Assembly (NCBI GenBank): GCA_965112155.1
Contig: OZ218102.1
Reading direction: 5' to 3' (one strand)
Length of the DNA: 64,000 nt
Source: Podarcis liolepis
Lineage: Eukaryota
A program made the position numbers and the translations under genes. Positions 13,659 through 28,121 of the stretch are shown piece after piece. Under the pieces are notes generated by a model, which did not search any database, was not told the origin of the DNA, and saw nothing but the letters and a program-made list of their open reading frames with translations. Positions within the stretch are counted from its first letter, which is position 1. Each line of letters starts with the position of its first letter.

Positions 13659-15457
13659 TATTAATTTGGATAAGACACTCATACTAGGTGTGTGACTCAT
13701 ACTAGGTGTCGTGGCCAAACTATGGTTTGGGTGTTGGGAACATGCTGTACACTTTGCACATGGAGATTCTGTCCCGCATGTCCCACTGAGTGTATGTTTG
13801 TGAAAGGATTGAACAGAGAGTGAAAATGAGTCACTTACTTGGCCTTTGACATAAAGTATGGTTGATGATAGCCATAATTAAAAATGTTATGGTGTTACAA
13901 CCAAGCAACAGGGTTTGTGTGTAATTATTACAGCAGTCAGAGGAAGGGTAAGTTACAAGTCTGCAATGGTGAGCCTATGTCAGTCTGGAAGAAGCACCGT
14001 GAACTTGTGCATTATAGCTCAATTGAGTCTATGTATGGCTGTTCTGAGGCACAATGGAATTTATGAACATAGGGAACAGCAGCCATATATTATGTCTGTG
14101 TAATAAATGGGTATTTGCAGTGGGCTTATGTAAGATTATTGTTGGGTAGGTTGTACTGCTGGAGTCCAAACACAAAACACAATAAAGGGTGTGAGAGTAA
14201 TTGTCATGTACCTATCTGCAGGTATTAGCAGAACTCTTTCTCCAAAGCGGTAGTGAGATATTACTAAAAATAAAATATAATAAAACATTTCATTTGTTTT
14301 CAGGAATTAATTAAGGGTAGCCTTCAGGCCTTTCCAAATGACTGTTCAAGCTCATGTTGATCTTTGTACAATATTCCACAACTCCTTTGACAATAGTGTT
14401 ATATCCTTTGTGTAGTTGATGAGGATGTAGGGAGAGCCTTTTTATCACAGGGGATATTCAAGTTGGTGTCCTTACAAGGTTTAGTTGAACCTTATTCTGC
14501 CACAGCAGTAAAGAAAACTCCATCCTTAATACAAACGTTCAAGTGCTGCTTAATTAATTTCCAGCAAGAGTTAAATGTATATAGTCTACCCAAGTCACAA
14601 CTTGCTTTCTGGCAGCGAGGTTTGCAGTTGTTGACTAACTCTTTACAGGAGCAAGGATAAGCCTGACATACTTACCTGAGCACTTGAGGGCTGGGGCGTG
14701 CTGAGACAGGGGCAGAGGCAGGCAAGAATCCACATTGGTGCTTGCCTCTGGGTATTTGGATAAACTGAGAAGGAAGAAACTTTCTTTCAAAGCAAGAGAA
14801 AAGCCTGACTGTGGACTTTACACCTGGCATGGGCTTTTGGCAACACTTGAGCAACTACCTCAGAGAGAGGGAGAGGAAAGAAACCCTACACAAATTGTTT
14901 AGAGCTAGAGGCTGTGTGCTTTGCTCTTAGCGAATGTCATTGCTTATCAAAGGGTTTTTTAAAAATATATATCCAGGTGCTGTTACTCATTGGATCTGTC
15001 ATACTTGCATTGCGCCTTTTGGATCACACAGCCCCTCACTTAACTTACTTCCTTGCCACTACATGCCCATATGCTCACCATCTATTGGCTCTGTCCTTCT
15101 TAATGCTGTGCCAAAAATATATTATGCAATTTTGAAAACCATTCTTCATGAATGAATGAGAAATTTTCTTATCAAAGTGGAGAATTTTTTTCCATGTAAT
15201 TCTCATGAGTGGGGTGCACGGTATTCATTGCATTTGTTTTAATTTCATGGCAGCTGAAGTGTTTTGTAAGTGTCCTTTCTTTGATTCTGCAAACCATATC
15301 TTCTAAGATATGTATTCTGCAGCCTCTCCAGATGCCGTCACTTTATAAAAACCTCATGTCATCATTGGCTGGACTTTCCCATGGACACTGTGCTTCTGTC
15401 AGCTATTCTTCTCCTTTTATTTTAAGTGAAGGCATTTTTGAAGAAGTCAGTGCAGAA

Positions 15458-15604
15458 ATCATAGAATCATAGAACTGTAGAGTTGGAAGGGACCACAAGG
15501 GTCATCTAGTCCAACCCCCTGCAGTGCAGGAATCTTTTGCCCAACGTGGGGCTAGAACCCACAACCCTGAGATTAAGAGTCTCATGTTCTTCCAACTGAA
15601 CTAT
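15458..15604 (-). mobile_element. tRNA-Lys(CTT)-derived SINE with CR1-type 3' tail
   Basis: Minus strand: tagttcagttggaagaacatgagactcttaatctcagggttgtgggttctagccccacgttgggc, then ggactagatgacc...ttccaactctac and (attctatg)n. Confidence 0.8.
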
Positions 15605-16159
15605 TAAGAAGGTAAAACGAAGAACTTATTGAATAAATTAAGTTATTGAGCACACCAGTCTCATGCATTCAGTAGCCAGATTCCTGGACTTCAGTTAAAC
15701 CCAGGTGTAAATTCTCCCCTGAGGTTTTTTCAGATCAGGAAGTGTGGGCAGCCAGGGAGGCTGCAGAACTTTGGAGAAATAGAAAGAAAAGCACAGGGCT
15801 CTTTTGCAGGGGAAGAACACTTTTAAGGAAAATGGAGAACAGGTTTCAGAGTATAGAACTACCCCTTTTCTATCATTTCCCCAGTTCTTACATATGCAAC
15901 GCAGGGCACATGCACACCCCCACACCCCTTTTGTTTCTCTCTCAAGTCCCAAGCTGATGAGAACTCCGGAGTAGAATTATTGCACTTTAAAGAATATCAT
16001 CATTTTAAAATTTTGTAACCTTTCTCCAGGGCTGGAAACCAAATTGAGACATTTTTGGAGCAGGCAGCCTTCTAGCCCTGTGTTTTATTGAAAGGTCAAT
16101 TGCTTTGCAATCAACATTACTAATTAGGACATATTGACATCTCATACTGCAGAGAAGCA

Positions 16160-16346
16160 CTGTTGATCGGTGGAGGCTGCATGGTTGGCATGCAAAAGGT
16201 CCCTGGTCAATCCCTGCCAGGTACAACTGGCAGAGATCTGTATCTGAAACTCGGGAGAGCTTCTGCCACCCTGTGCATGCAAAACTGATCTAATTGCACT
16301 CAGGCTCTGGCTGCTTTTGACTTAAGTCAGATTCCTATGTTCTTAT
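16160..16346 (+). mobile_element. Old degenerate tRNA-derived SINE
   Basis: Decayed head (gcatgcaaaaggtccctggtcaatccc) and ttcctatgttcttat tail. Confidence 0.5.
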
Positions 16347-19300
16347 CCTGTAGCAATGGAACAACATTCAGCTGCATTCTCTCTCCCTACAAAGTGTGTA
16401 GTTCATTACCATGCTTTCCTAGTGATGCTTTTAGTTGTATGTGCATTACAGTGGTAAGGACATGACATAAAAATGACTATGGCTTATACTCAGACAGCAC
16501 TTCATTCCATTTCCCTGATGTTTCCTTACCTGATAATTTCTGCATGATACACACTCTTTCACATGGCATAAAAGCCCCTTTTGCAAACCAAGTGGAATCG
16601 ACCAGAAGTTTAGTGCTCATTTCTGTGTTAAATGCTTCCAGAAAAAAAATCTGTTTGCAACCCTGTTAACTCAGAGAACTGCAGGAATTTTGTGCTGTAC
16701 TTTCCCAACCCTTTTCATGGATGCCAAAATTAGGGAAGGTAATCTTTCTGCCATTTTCTTGGGTGAAAACAAGCATTCATGTGCATAAAGGATGGCAACA
16801 TGTCTAATGACATCTGCTGTTGTGTCACAGCATTGCTGCTGGTGTAAATGAAATTTAGCATGACATAGTGTTATATCAATAAAAAAAACCCCATAGTTCT
16901 ATAACACAATTCGTAATTCAGTGTAAAAGGAATGTTGGAAACAGGGACAGAATTACAGCCAGGAAAACGAATGCTATAATCCCAACATCTGAATGTACCC
17001 AGTGAACCAACCATTTATGTATCATATCCTGGATGGAATGGGGCTGGGGCCATAATGATAGCACAGTCCACCTACCCTTCCCTTTTACTCTGTATCAGAT
17101 TTGGCATTTCAGTGTTATATTTCCAACCGCAATTACCAACCTCATGCAGCAATACCATTGCAAGGCTGTATTGTGATGGGGCTGACATAAATGATTTTCA
17201 TCTCCAAGCATTCCTAACTGCTATCGAGCTCCAAAAAAATCTGATGATATATTGCCAAGAGATTCTAGAAGTGTCTCCCATTTGGCTGGTTCTATGTTTC
17301 AGCCGTGTGTGGGAGAACTTGCGTCTTGCATTTCACATTCCAGAGTAGTTCTGCTTTATTCTTTTCCAATCCAAAAATGTTTTTTTTTATATATATAAAA
17401 CAAAGTAAAAAAACAACAAAAATCCTTCAGTCACACTATTTCATTGTTATGCTTTCCATATTTTCCCTCACCCAAGCAAAGCTGTTCTTGGTAGTTCAGA
17501 TGTTCTAAAGCTTTGGCTTTTGCCTGTGCCGTAACAAGGATCATATTGGTTAACTCCAAGATTAGCAGGGTAGACACGACAGCCTCTTCCTCTGGGGAAG
17601 CTCATGAAATGCACACTGTGGCAGCCTAACAATGGGTTTCTCTGCATGAAGAGCGGACTGGTATTAAGACCATTAGCCAGCGATGACAACTGAACATTTT
17701 AAAACAAGAACATTCATGTTGCGTACTGCAATTTCTGAGTGGCTGGTGGTGCATTGTATCACTTAAACCTTTGTAACGGATACATTTTCAAAGAGCATAG
17801 TTTGATTCTCGTGTGGTAAAACTGGGTGCATAATTAGCAGAGAACATAAAGGAGAAAAACATGGTTCTTCCTTACCCATTAAGATATTGGGTGAGGATGG
17901 CTAAGTGAAGCTACTTTGTCTGACACACACACACCCAATAGCTTTACCAAATTTGAATTATGTTTGTTGAAAACTCTGCTCAGTTTCCCCTGTAAGGAAA
18001 AGAAGCAGCAGCATCTGTTGCTTTGACATCCATTGCTTTGACTTCCTACCAGCTGAGTGCACATGTTCAGTATTTGTGAAGCCTTTATTGCCAAGTGATG
18101 CCAGGTTTCCTATGGAGAATATGTGGGGAACCTTTGGTTCTTCAGATGTTGCTGAAGTACAATTCCCATCAGCCCAAAGAAGCATGGATGTTAGGGCTAG
18201 TTGTTCATAAACATCTGGGGAACTAGAAGCTCCCCACACCTCCTAATGAGTCTGACCATCCATGAAGATATCTGGAGAATATAGTGGGCCACAAATTAGC
18301 AATGGCTATTGCTCATTCTGGGCATATTTTCTTTGCAGTTTCAAGAACTGTGATATCTGGAGCTGCATGGATGTGTGCCTAATTGAACTCATGAGTTCAA
18401 AAAAATCAGTTTGGAGGGGTTCTGTAGTAGCAACTGTTGAGAACGGAAAATTAAAAACATTGTAGTAGGCATAAGGATCATACATGGACCTCTGGATCAC
18501 AGCCATAGTCAACATACCTGAGAGTTTTGCAAAGATACAGATTCCTGAACACTGCTAAGGATTAAATCAGTGATGAAAACATAGACAGAGGTACGAGTTG
18601 AACTTGGCAGCAAATTTCTTTAAAGATTAAACAATGCTGTCTTTTTTCAGACTGTCCTAGATAAGAATACTTTGATGTTGAGGAACCAGGCTTCAGATAG
18701 GCGAAGGAATAAAAATTGTAAATGTTTTATTGTGCACATACACAACACTACATGTACTTCTGAACTCTGGCTCATTTGATTATTGTTGAATATGCCAATG
18801 AATCTGCCAATGTTTCTTTATGATTCTAAAACTGGCTATTATCTAGTAATCTCATTCTGCAGCATTTCAACAATACATTGTTTCCCTAATAGTATTGTTT
18901 CACTGTTTCTTGTAAGTGCACATGACTGCTAATTTGTAATGGAGCTTAAACAGTGAGAATACCTTTTGTCTACTGATTATTCAGTCAAATATGCTCCTAG
19001 TTGCTCCTAGGGTCTACAGTAATTGCCCTCACACTAACTCCAGCCACTGAAAGTCTTATTGGAATTGTACCATTAGGTGTCCCTGTTCACAAAAAGAGCC
19101 GAAATGCAGAACAGTATGTGCTTCATTTCCATATAGGATTTGAAGCACATCTAAATGTGGATTTTTTTGCAGTTAATGGCCACAATCCTCTTGCCATTTG
19201 CGCAAAGTCCATGGATATTGTTGGGGATTTTCCAGAGACTCATGCCGGAAAGGGGGAGGGGAGCAACCCTCTCCTATCAGAAATTCACACTGTAAGAAAG

Positions 19301-20034
19301 CTAATGGTCCAATGTGGGTCAGTGCACACTTGCACTTTGCCTCGATAAGAACATAGAAAAGCCCCCATGCATGAAAATCCATCCACAGTCTTGTAGCCAA
19401 CATATAGCTCATTTTATCCTTTCTCATGGCAGCCTGCAAGTGAAAGAGGTGTGGTATGAAGAGATGTGAATCTTGCTCTAGAAATCATTTTGCTCTTGAG
19501 CTTCATCTCACATATAAAACAGCTATGTAGCAATGTTCCTCACAGTTACAGCAGTGTCTTGAGTGAATGCTTAAACACATGAGCCAAGTGTTGGAACTAG
19601 GCTGACCCCAGATAACATTCATTCAACACTTTCCACACTCTTTATCTGGCCTTGCCCACAGCCAAAGATGCTGTACTTGATGTCTCAATAGATGAAATTA
19701 TTGGATCATGAGAGTTCTTGTAGATGACGTGCTGAGTCACCTGATGTTCTGGAATGTCAGCTGTCCATCACAGAGATTTTATCTAAAATTTCTTAACTTC
19801 CCAAGAATTTTTCGTAACTTCCCTATAAACTTTGAACTCTAGTGATAGTGGAACTGTTTTACTTGCCTGTGTAGCAAGGGCAGTGTTTTAAGGATCTACA
19901 TAGACTGTGTGGTTAATGTAGCATTTTTACTTTGTCCGCAAACTCACTACATGACCTTAGGCAAACCACTGTTCTCTTGGTCTGCTTATTCGATGAACAT
20001 ACTGACCTCCCATACAAGGATTTTATAAGGATTA

Positions 20035-20276
20035 CAGCGGTACCTCGGGTTAAGTACTTAATTCGTTCCGGAGGTCCATTCTTAACCTGAAACTGTTCTT
20101 AACCTGAAGCACCACTTTAGCTAATGGGGCCTCTTGCTGCCACCGCGCTGCTGGAGCACGATTTCTGTTCTCATCCTGAAGCAAAGTTCTTAACCCAAGG
20201 TACTATTTCTGGGTTAGCGGAGTCTGTAACCTGAAGCATAGGTAGCCTGAAGCGTATGTAACCCGAGATACCACTG
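20035..20276 (+). mobile_element. MITE family A, copy 2 (nested in a MIR-like relic)
   Basis: Same TIRs and internal sequence as copy 1; TA TSD. Confidence 0.9.
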
Positions 20277-21720
20277 TACTAGAATAATGTTTGCAGATTT
20301 TGAGAACTTGAATTGCACCATGTCTTATTAAACACATTTTAGAAGGTGACTTATTTGCAATTTGCAACCAGATCAGAAACATTCACTTGCTTATTTTCCA
20401 GACACTGATACAGCTATTTTCTAGGTGAAACGATACCTACCACCCTTTGCTTATAGTTCTCCTCCCCCATGGAATTGTTGGCATGAATTGCATTACCAGG
20501 AGTAATTTTCCCCCATTGAATCCTGAACTGAACTCAGGGTAACCGAACTCCATAGGATTTTGTTTAATATATATGAGTGCATATTTATTCTTTCAAAGAT
20601 TATCAGTGACACTGTAGATTGAAGTGCCCAGGAACTTCCCCCCTTGTATGTAAAGGCCCCTTAAATAAAAATTACAGGAATAGGTGTTGGCATGCTTTAT
20701 ACAACCAACCATCTACATGTTCAAAATGGATACTTTTGAAGTTTCAATTAGCAAAGATTTATTTCCCATGTGCCTATTTGACCTTTTTGTGCATGAGTAA
20801 ATAAGAGAATACATATACTGAATACTGATGGATTTATAGCACTGGGAAAGCAAAGGCTCTGAAGTTGTGTGTGTGTTTTAAAATTTAACATTTATAGTTT
20901 GGAATGAAGAATTAATAAAGTTTTACTTTAACTGTTTTCAGATGTAGAACAAAATATAATTGGTCTCCAAAAGGCCAATATATTTATTTAGCATACTTTA
21001 GCAGTACTTTGTATTTTAGAGCTAGCCTTTGTCTTTAAGATATTTTCATAAACACAGCTTTTATTCTTCTTCAGGAATGTGTCATAGTCTCTTATCGCCC
21101 CTGCTACTTGCCCATATACCAACAGCTGCCTAACAATGTAATGTTTAATGTTTTAAATTACCATATTTAGTCAGAATGCACAGGCACGATCTGGATACCT
21201 GACAAACGAACTGCAGCAGATTTTATATTTTAATACACTGCTTCATGCAGGAGTAGTGAAAAGGCTTTGGTAAAAAAACCCCACAGAGCTATCAAATTAA
21301 AAGAGAACAATATGGTAACATTTGCCCACTTTTCCTCTCACCCTTATTTTCTCGCAATTGTGCATACTTTGCATATAATGATTATTAAATGCACCACTTC
21401 CCCAGCTCCAGCCAGCATGGCCAATGGTAAGCAATGATGGGAATTATGGTCCAAAACATCTGGAAAACATGTAAGGCTGAGCTTAGTAAATAGCTGCAGC
21501 CGCTCCATGAGTGGTGAGACTGCAGAGTCACTTAAATGAAAGAGAGAACAAGGAAAGGGAACCTGATATAAATTTGGGTCATACTAGAGGTGTGGAATGC
21601 CAGCTTCTCACGTAAAGCAGTCATTCCCCATGTATGTCTATCAAATATTTCATATTGCTTGGGAACAGGGTCACAGTTTAAAGCCACTAGACTTGCATTA
21701 GATAGACTTACAGCATATCT

Positions 21721-22175
21721 AAAAACATAAAACATCAAGCGTTGAAAACTTCCCGATTCAGGGCTGCCTTCAGTGTCTTCTAAAAGTTGTGCAGTTCTTT
21801 ATCTCGTTGATAACTGAAGGAAGGGTGTTCCACAGGGAGGGTGCCACTACCGAGAAGGACCTCTGCCTGGTTCCCTGTAACTTCACTTCTTGCAGTGAGG
21901 GAACCAGCAGAAGACCCTCAGTGGAGGACCTCAGTGTCTGGGCTGAGCGATGGGGGTGGAGATGCTCCTTCAGGTATACAGGGCCATGGCTGTTTAGGGC
22001 TTTAAAGGTCAGCACCAGCGCTTTGAATTGTGCTCAGAAATGTACTGGGAGCCAGTGAAGATCCTTTAGAACTGGTGTTGTATGGTCCTGATGGCCACTC
22101 CCAGTCACCAGTCTAGCTGCCACATTCTGGGTTAGTTGTAGTTTTTAAGTCACGTCAAAGGTAGCCCCGCATAGA

Positions 22176-22180
<5 letters not shown>
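21721..22180 (-). mobile_element. L2-clade LINE fragment (ORF2 C-terminus)
   Basis: ORF 21770..22015 (-) reads LTFKALN..GPVYLKE..RSFSVVAPSLWNTLP, typical of the L2 ORF2 C-terminus. Confidence 0.85.
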
Positions 22181-22219
<39 letters not shown>

Positions 22220-22245
22220 CACTGAAAATTCAGCAGTTTCTAAGA

Positions 22246-22481
22246 CAGAGCTTTCTAAACTGTGTGTCGCAACATGTTAGTGTGTTGGCTGCAGTGTTTA
22301 AGTGTGCCGTGCAAATGCTCCATGCGCTTCTCCTGGGCTGGAAAGGGGTTAGTTTAACATCCAGTTTTCTAGTAAAACTGAATTACTGTGCCGCGAAATG
22401 ATGCAAAACTGAATTACTGTGTTGTGAAATGACGCATGTCTAAAAAGTGTGTCACCAACATGAAAAGTTTGGAAAGCTCTG
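22246..22481. mobile_element. hAT-type MITE
   Basis: TIR CAGAGCTTTCTAAACT / AGTTTGGAAAGCTCTG; 8-bp TSD ttctaaga/ttctaagg. Confidence 0.85.
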
Positions 22482-23809
22482 TTCTAAGGCAGTTAGATAG
22501 ATGCCTGGATCTCTTTAGGCCAGATTACATGTTTGCTTTGTTACCTTGAAACAGCATCCTTCACTGTACCATTGTTGCTACCAGCCAGCATACTCTGTAT
22601 GATTAGGTAACCTGTATATGACAGCTTTATGCAGAATCCCGGATTCTTTCAGTGACAGTTGCTGCACTCAATTGGATTGCAATGGGCAGCAATCAAGTTC
22701 AAGATTTAATGTTGCAGTCAATGAAAGTCATTTATTATTAGATGAAGTACCTGAAGAAGCCAATTGCTTTGATATGCAGTGCTTTACTAAAATGCCTCAA
22801 ACTTTGGTAACATTTTCTACTCTTAATCATCCACAGCCAGTGCCTTACGTAAACACTTTTACACATCCCCTAAAATGTTAGAGCTAAAGATTCCAACCTC
22901 AGTAAAGCTACATGTATTTCAGGCAAGTTAGAACATGCAGCTAAAAGTTTAAAAGTTTCAAGTGAAATAAACAAAACACATTGTGTGTTAATGTTAGTGG
23001 TGATTCCCCCCCCCCCAAAATGGTATTGGGGACTCCCCACCCCCATTTAAGGGCAAGAAGTAAGGTCGTGAAGGAAATCAAACCCTGATGTGGATAAATG
23101 AAACATGAGGCCTACTGACTTTCTAAAAACATTTTAAATAATATTCTCTAAGGTTTCATTTTATACTGAAGGCGATTGTAATATGTTTTGGAAGATGGTG
23201 TAAGGTTTCCATTAAAGCGAGATCATACTTGTTTTTTCTTTTTCTTTTTGTACCCAAACATGGGTAGGGGAGATGGAGTTGGAGCTTATTTAGTAAAGGG
23301 TGGAAAGCTTTATAAGTTTTCTCCAGGACTATAAAAATATTAACTGCTACATTAAACCACAATTTGCATTTCACTTTTTTTTTTTAAAAAAAGTATACCA
23401 TTCCTACATCTGACAAGGCAACACAGAGAGAGTGGCTTGTGCAAATATAAGAAGGTTGATGGAGTTGCGCTTTCTTGCATTTGTTCAGATCCTTCACTTC
23501 CAAAGAGCTCTCCCTGCTTTGCTTATTCATTTCTCCATGAGGGAATTGTTGGAGTCCCACTTTGGAACTCTTTGTTCAGCTTAGCCTTCCCTGATGTTTA
23601 AAGCTTTGTGGATGTGATCCCTCTCTTGCTGCCCTTACGTTGTTCATTTCTCCTGGTGATTTGTATTTTCTGTCACTGGAAACCAATTTGTGAGGTCATT
23701 GTCCTAAAAGAAGAAGTAAAACGTTTTAAGAATGAAATAAGAAATACCTATACATTAGGAATATGTATCAATACAAAAGGTGAAATTCCCTCAGCCTTGT
23801 AGTCTCTTC

Positions 23810-24230
23810 ACCGAGTCTTGGTTAGACTACTGCAGTGCATTGTATGTGGAGCTGCCATTAAAGATTGGTCAGAAACTGCAGTTTGGTCCAGCTGCTAGAA
23901 TACGAATTTAGACTGGGCATTGGAAACACAACTCACCAGTGCTAAAAGAACTGGTCCATTACTGAGTGCTGTTCAGAATTAGTACTTAAAGCTCTGCATT
24001 GCTTGGGACTTGAAGGCCCACTTTCCCCATACAGCATTAACCTGCCCACACATCTTCTGCAGGGCTTCCACTGGGTGCCCCTGCCATCTTAAGTAAGGTG
24101 AGAAGAGTGCCTTCTCAGTCATGACACCCTGTTTATGAAATTCTTTCCCAGAGAAGCCTTTTAGGTGCTTAAATAGATGTCATTTTGTCACCAGATGAAG
24201 GCATTTTATGTTCCCAGACCTTAACTATAG
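23810..24230 (+). mobile_element. Old degenerate L2-like LINE fragment (approximate ends)
   Basis: ttagactactgcagtgcattgtatgtggagctgcc (decayed LDYCN-L--GLP motif), followed by more L2-like sequence. Confidence 0.55.
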
Positions 24231-24694
24231 CAGATCTTTTATGTTGGATGAATTCAAGTCATACTCACCGTCCAACATACAGCCATGAAGTAATTTAAAA
24301 ACAGCACTGCAAGAGCTACAAGTTAAATAAGGCTTCTGCTTTGTAGTATGTTGCCAGCGCTGCCTCAGTAAGTAAATTCCCCATAGGCATTTGCAGAGTG
24401 CCAAATATATGGCCTTTATTAAATATCCTATTGTTTGGCAGTGTCATTATTTGCTGTTACACCCCAGTGTTGTGCTTTTCAGACAATTTTTTTTTTGAAG
24501 CCAACATGTTAAAGGCTGCAGTCCTATACAAACGTACCAGAGCTTAATCCCATTGTACTCAGTGAGCCTTACTTCTGAGCAGACATGTATAGGATTGCAC
24601 TGCATGGCAGACAATATGCTATTTGGAATTTGGGTGGTTTTTAATGTTTCCTCAAATCACTATAATTTAGTTTTAATAATTAATGTATCTCTGA

Positions 24695-25009
24695 AAAGGT
24701 AGAGGACCCCTGACAGTTAAGTCCAGTCATGAACGACTCTGCGGTTGCAGCGCTCATCTCGCTTTACTGGCCGAGGGAGCCGGCGTTTGTCCGCAAACAG
24801 TTTTTCCAGATCATATGGCCATCATGACTAAGCTGCTTCTGGTGAACCAGAGCAGCACACGGAAACGCCGTTTACCTTCCCGCCGGAGCGGTATCTATTT
24901 ATCTTTCACTTAGATGTGCTTTCAAACTGCTAGGTTGGCAGGAGCTGGGACCAAACAATGGGAGCTCACCCCGTCGCGGGGATTGGAACCGCTGACCTTC
25001 TGATCGGCA
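24695..25009 (-). mobile_element. Sauria SINE, slightly 5'-truncated
   Basis: Reverse-complement homolog of 980-1337. Confidence 0.88.
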
Positions 25010-26286
25010 TTGGGTATGCTGACTGGAGCTGATGGAAGTTGTATTCCACTACATCAGGAAGGCGAAAAGTTCCCAACCCCAGTGGGTTCTTCAAAAGAAA
25101 TGAACAGTCCAAAAGAAATTGTGTGTAATTTGTTTACACTTACAAAAAACAAAGCACTTAATAAGTTTTTCATTTCAGGTGTCTAATTGTTTGATTTATT
25201 TTCCTGTTTATTATAATTTGCCCTGAGATGAGAGGCAAAATAATATCAGATAAATAAGCAAACATGTAATGAAACAGAACAAGAACAAAAAAGATTGCAT
25301 TTCTTGACATGTGAGATACTCTTGAGTTCCAAATACCGCCAAAGAAAATCATTAGCTTCTAATCCCTTAATGGTGTTTTCTTCCCAATGGCATAAAATTA
25401 CTGCTGAGTCTTAATACTTCAAGATTGCTGTGAAATAATTCAAGCTGATGAATAAGAACATACAGATTTTGCCAAGAAGCCAATTCAGTATTCTCCCCGA
25501 TGACCATCTTGGAAAAAGACCATTGTGCATCATTTCACGATGATGGATGATGGAACTTAATAAGCTGACCCTTTTATGTTTGGTACCAAGTCTTTCAAAG
25601 GCTCAAACCACAGAATGACCTCATGAGTTCAGAGCTTTGGAAAGCCCTTTGGAAAGCCCATTATTAAAAGAAATAATAGAAGTTGTTTTTTAGAACAGTA
25701 GTTGCCAGTTGTGATCATTACGCAGAAGGCCACACAGTGAGCTCTGGGCATACAGTGTGGCTTCTGAGGCACATCTTCTAAAAGCAGTTCCCTAAAGCTG
25801 AGAGTTTCAAGAGCTACTACCTACAAACCCGGGTATGAATATGAGGTAGTAGTGGTTGCTGGTGAAAAAACACTGGTACTCTGGTTCATGTGAGGTAATG
25901 GTCCTATGCACTGATGGTACCCTTTGGGACAGACCCAATAGGCCTAATTGTGGAAAATCTATAATGGTTCCTGGACTGAGGTTGTTACATAAACAACATG
26001 TATATGAGATGATGCCATATATGTTCTTTGCAGTAATGTTATTATCAGTACTATTAATAGTTCATGATTATAGTTCACAATTAGTGAATGCCTCCCATAA
26101 TAATATATATTAATTGATGCTCATTTTAGTCTTTTATTCTTTTTTTTTAAAAAAACTTGTTTTTGGTAGCATTTTTGTTTGGTCTTTGCTTCTCTTTTCC
26201 CCTTCTATGTTTATATTTTTGCCTAATTACACAATTTCCAGTTACAATATACCTCAGTAAACCCTCACCGAAAGGATTTGGCAATA

Positions 26287-26520
26287 CAGTGGTACCTCGG
26301 GTTAAGAACATAATTCGTTCTGGAGGTCCGTTCTTAACCTGAAACTGTTCTTAACCTGAAGCACCACTTTAGCTAATGGGGTCTCCTGCTGCTGCTGCAC
26401 GATTTCTGTTCTCATCCTGAAACAAAGTTCTTAACCCGAGGTAATATTTCTGGGTTAGCGGAGTCTAACCTGAAGCATATGTAACCTGAAGGGTATGTAA
26501 TGTAACTCGAGGTACCACTG
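26287..26520 (+). mobile_element. MITE family A, copy 3
   Basis: TIRs and TA TSD. Confidence 0.9.
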
Positions 26521-26633
26521 TAGATTTGACTTCAGATTAGGACACACTTAATTCTTTTTTATTAAGTCGGTGAATCATAATATTGTTTTCTAGTTTGACA
26601 TTAATTAAAATCAATTACCGTACAACTGAAGAC

Positions 26634-26640
26634 GATAGAT

Positions 26641-26687
<47 letters not shown>
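26634..26687. repeat. (GATA)n microsatellite
   Basis: Read directly. Confidence 0.95.
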
Positions 26688-27010
26688 TTTTCTCACCCCA
26701 TATAGTAGGGAACAACCCCAGAGAGTGGTGCTCTCATATTTGATACCACATAAATAGAAGTTTCTGTGATTTAAGAAAAGTATCCTTAGTTAATTGTGCC
26801 CTATTTTCCCTTCCCCCACTTCATACAGTCTTCTGCTCTGTGCCATCTTTTTTCTTTTTCTTCTAAAAGGCTAGTCTTTAGACAGCACTCCAACTGGAGT
26901 ATTCAAGCACCTCCTTTGAAGTGCAGTTTTTGTTCTACGTTTTGGTTACAGCGTTATTTCAGTGAAGTCAGCCAACAGGCTTACAGGGCTTTTTGGCTCA
27001 TGTTCACTAA

Positions 27011-27325
<315 letters not shown>

Positions 27326-28121
27326 TAAGCAATTCTTTTTAGAATGTTATAAAGCTTTTTGAACAAGGTCAAGGGATAGATTTTTTAAATTGACTTTTAT
27401 CCTTGCCAGCACACATAAATACAGTGGAATACTGAGTTGATGGTATAAACAAAAGCAAAAATTCATTCCGCATTTCACCTTCCTTAAAGTCTTTTATCCA
27501 TCAGCATGATTGTTTGCTTATTTTTCAGACATCATGGTTGTTTATTCAAAGAATTGCAGTGCCGTTATCTTGGCATCACTTGAGATTTGTGCATTGGCAA
27601 AGGGTATCCAAAATAAATCAAAGGAAATATATTAAGAGGCTTGGACAACCTTATAGGCCCTTCTGTAATGACCATATTTGTTGCCAAAGGATGTTGTCAG
27701 TGCTCATTTTCCTTATGATAAAGATACTGAGTGTGTCCCCCTCCCCCAAGTGTGAACTATTGACAGGGCAATCCTTTTAGGGGTAGCAGCCATTTTAAAA
27801 ATATGTCATTTTTGCCTGGCTTTGCTCCTAAGGAACAGCTAATTTTTATAGTAGCGATTTCCCATGAAGCTTAGCAGTAGAGCCAGAAATTTATGATTTT
27901 GCACAGTGAAGAAGCAAAAAAGTTAGTTTATCTGGGCAGAAGCTTTCCTGCCCCAATTTTGTAAGAAATCTTTCTTGCTGCTGTTTTAAAGTGCAATGTT
28001 TCAATGCTAGCATTTGTAGTAACTGGAAGACTCCTTCAAGTGTTTTGGTGACGGGACCATGGTGGTGTCTACATTTGGGGCAGTAGTTACATTGTTCTCC
28101 TGTGTTATTGGTCTGTTCTAG

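Noticed and set aside
13677-13709. Direct repeat actcatactaggtgt x2
   Set aside because: Simple local duplication with an 18-bp period; nothing suggests function.
15535-15604. Possible tRNA-Lys gene
   Set aside because: The 5' acceptor stem is missing, the A and B boxes are mutated, and it is fused to a CR1 tail; it is a SINE.
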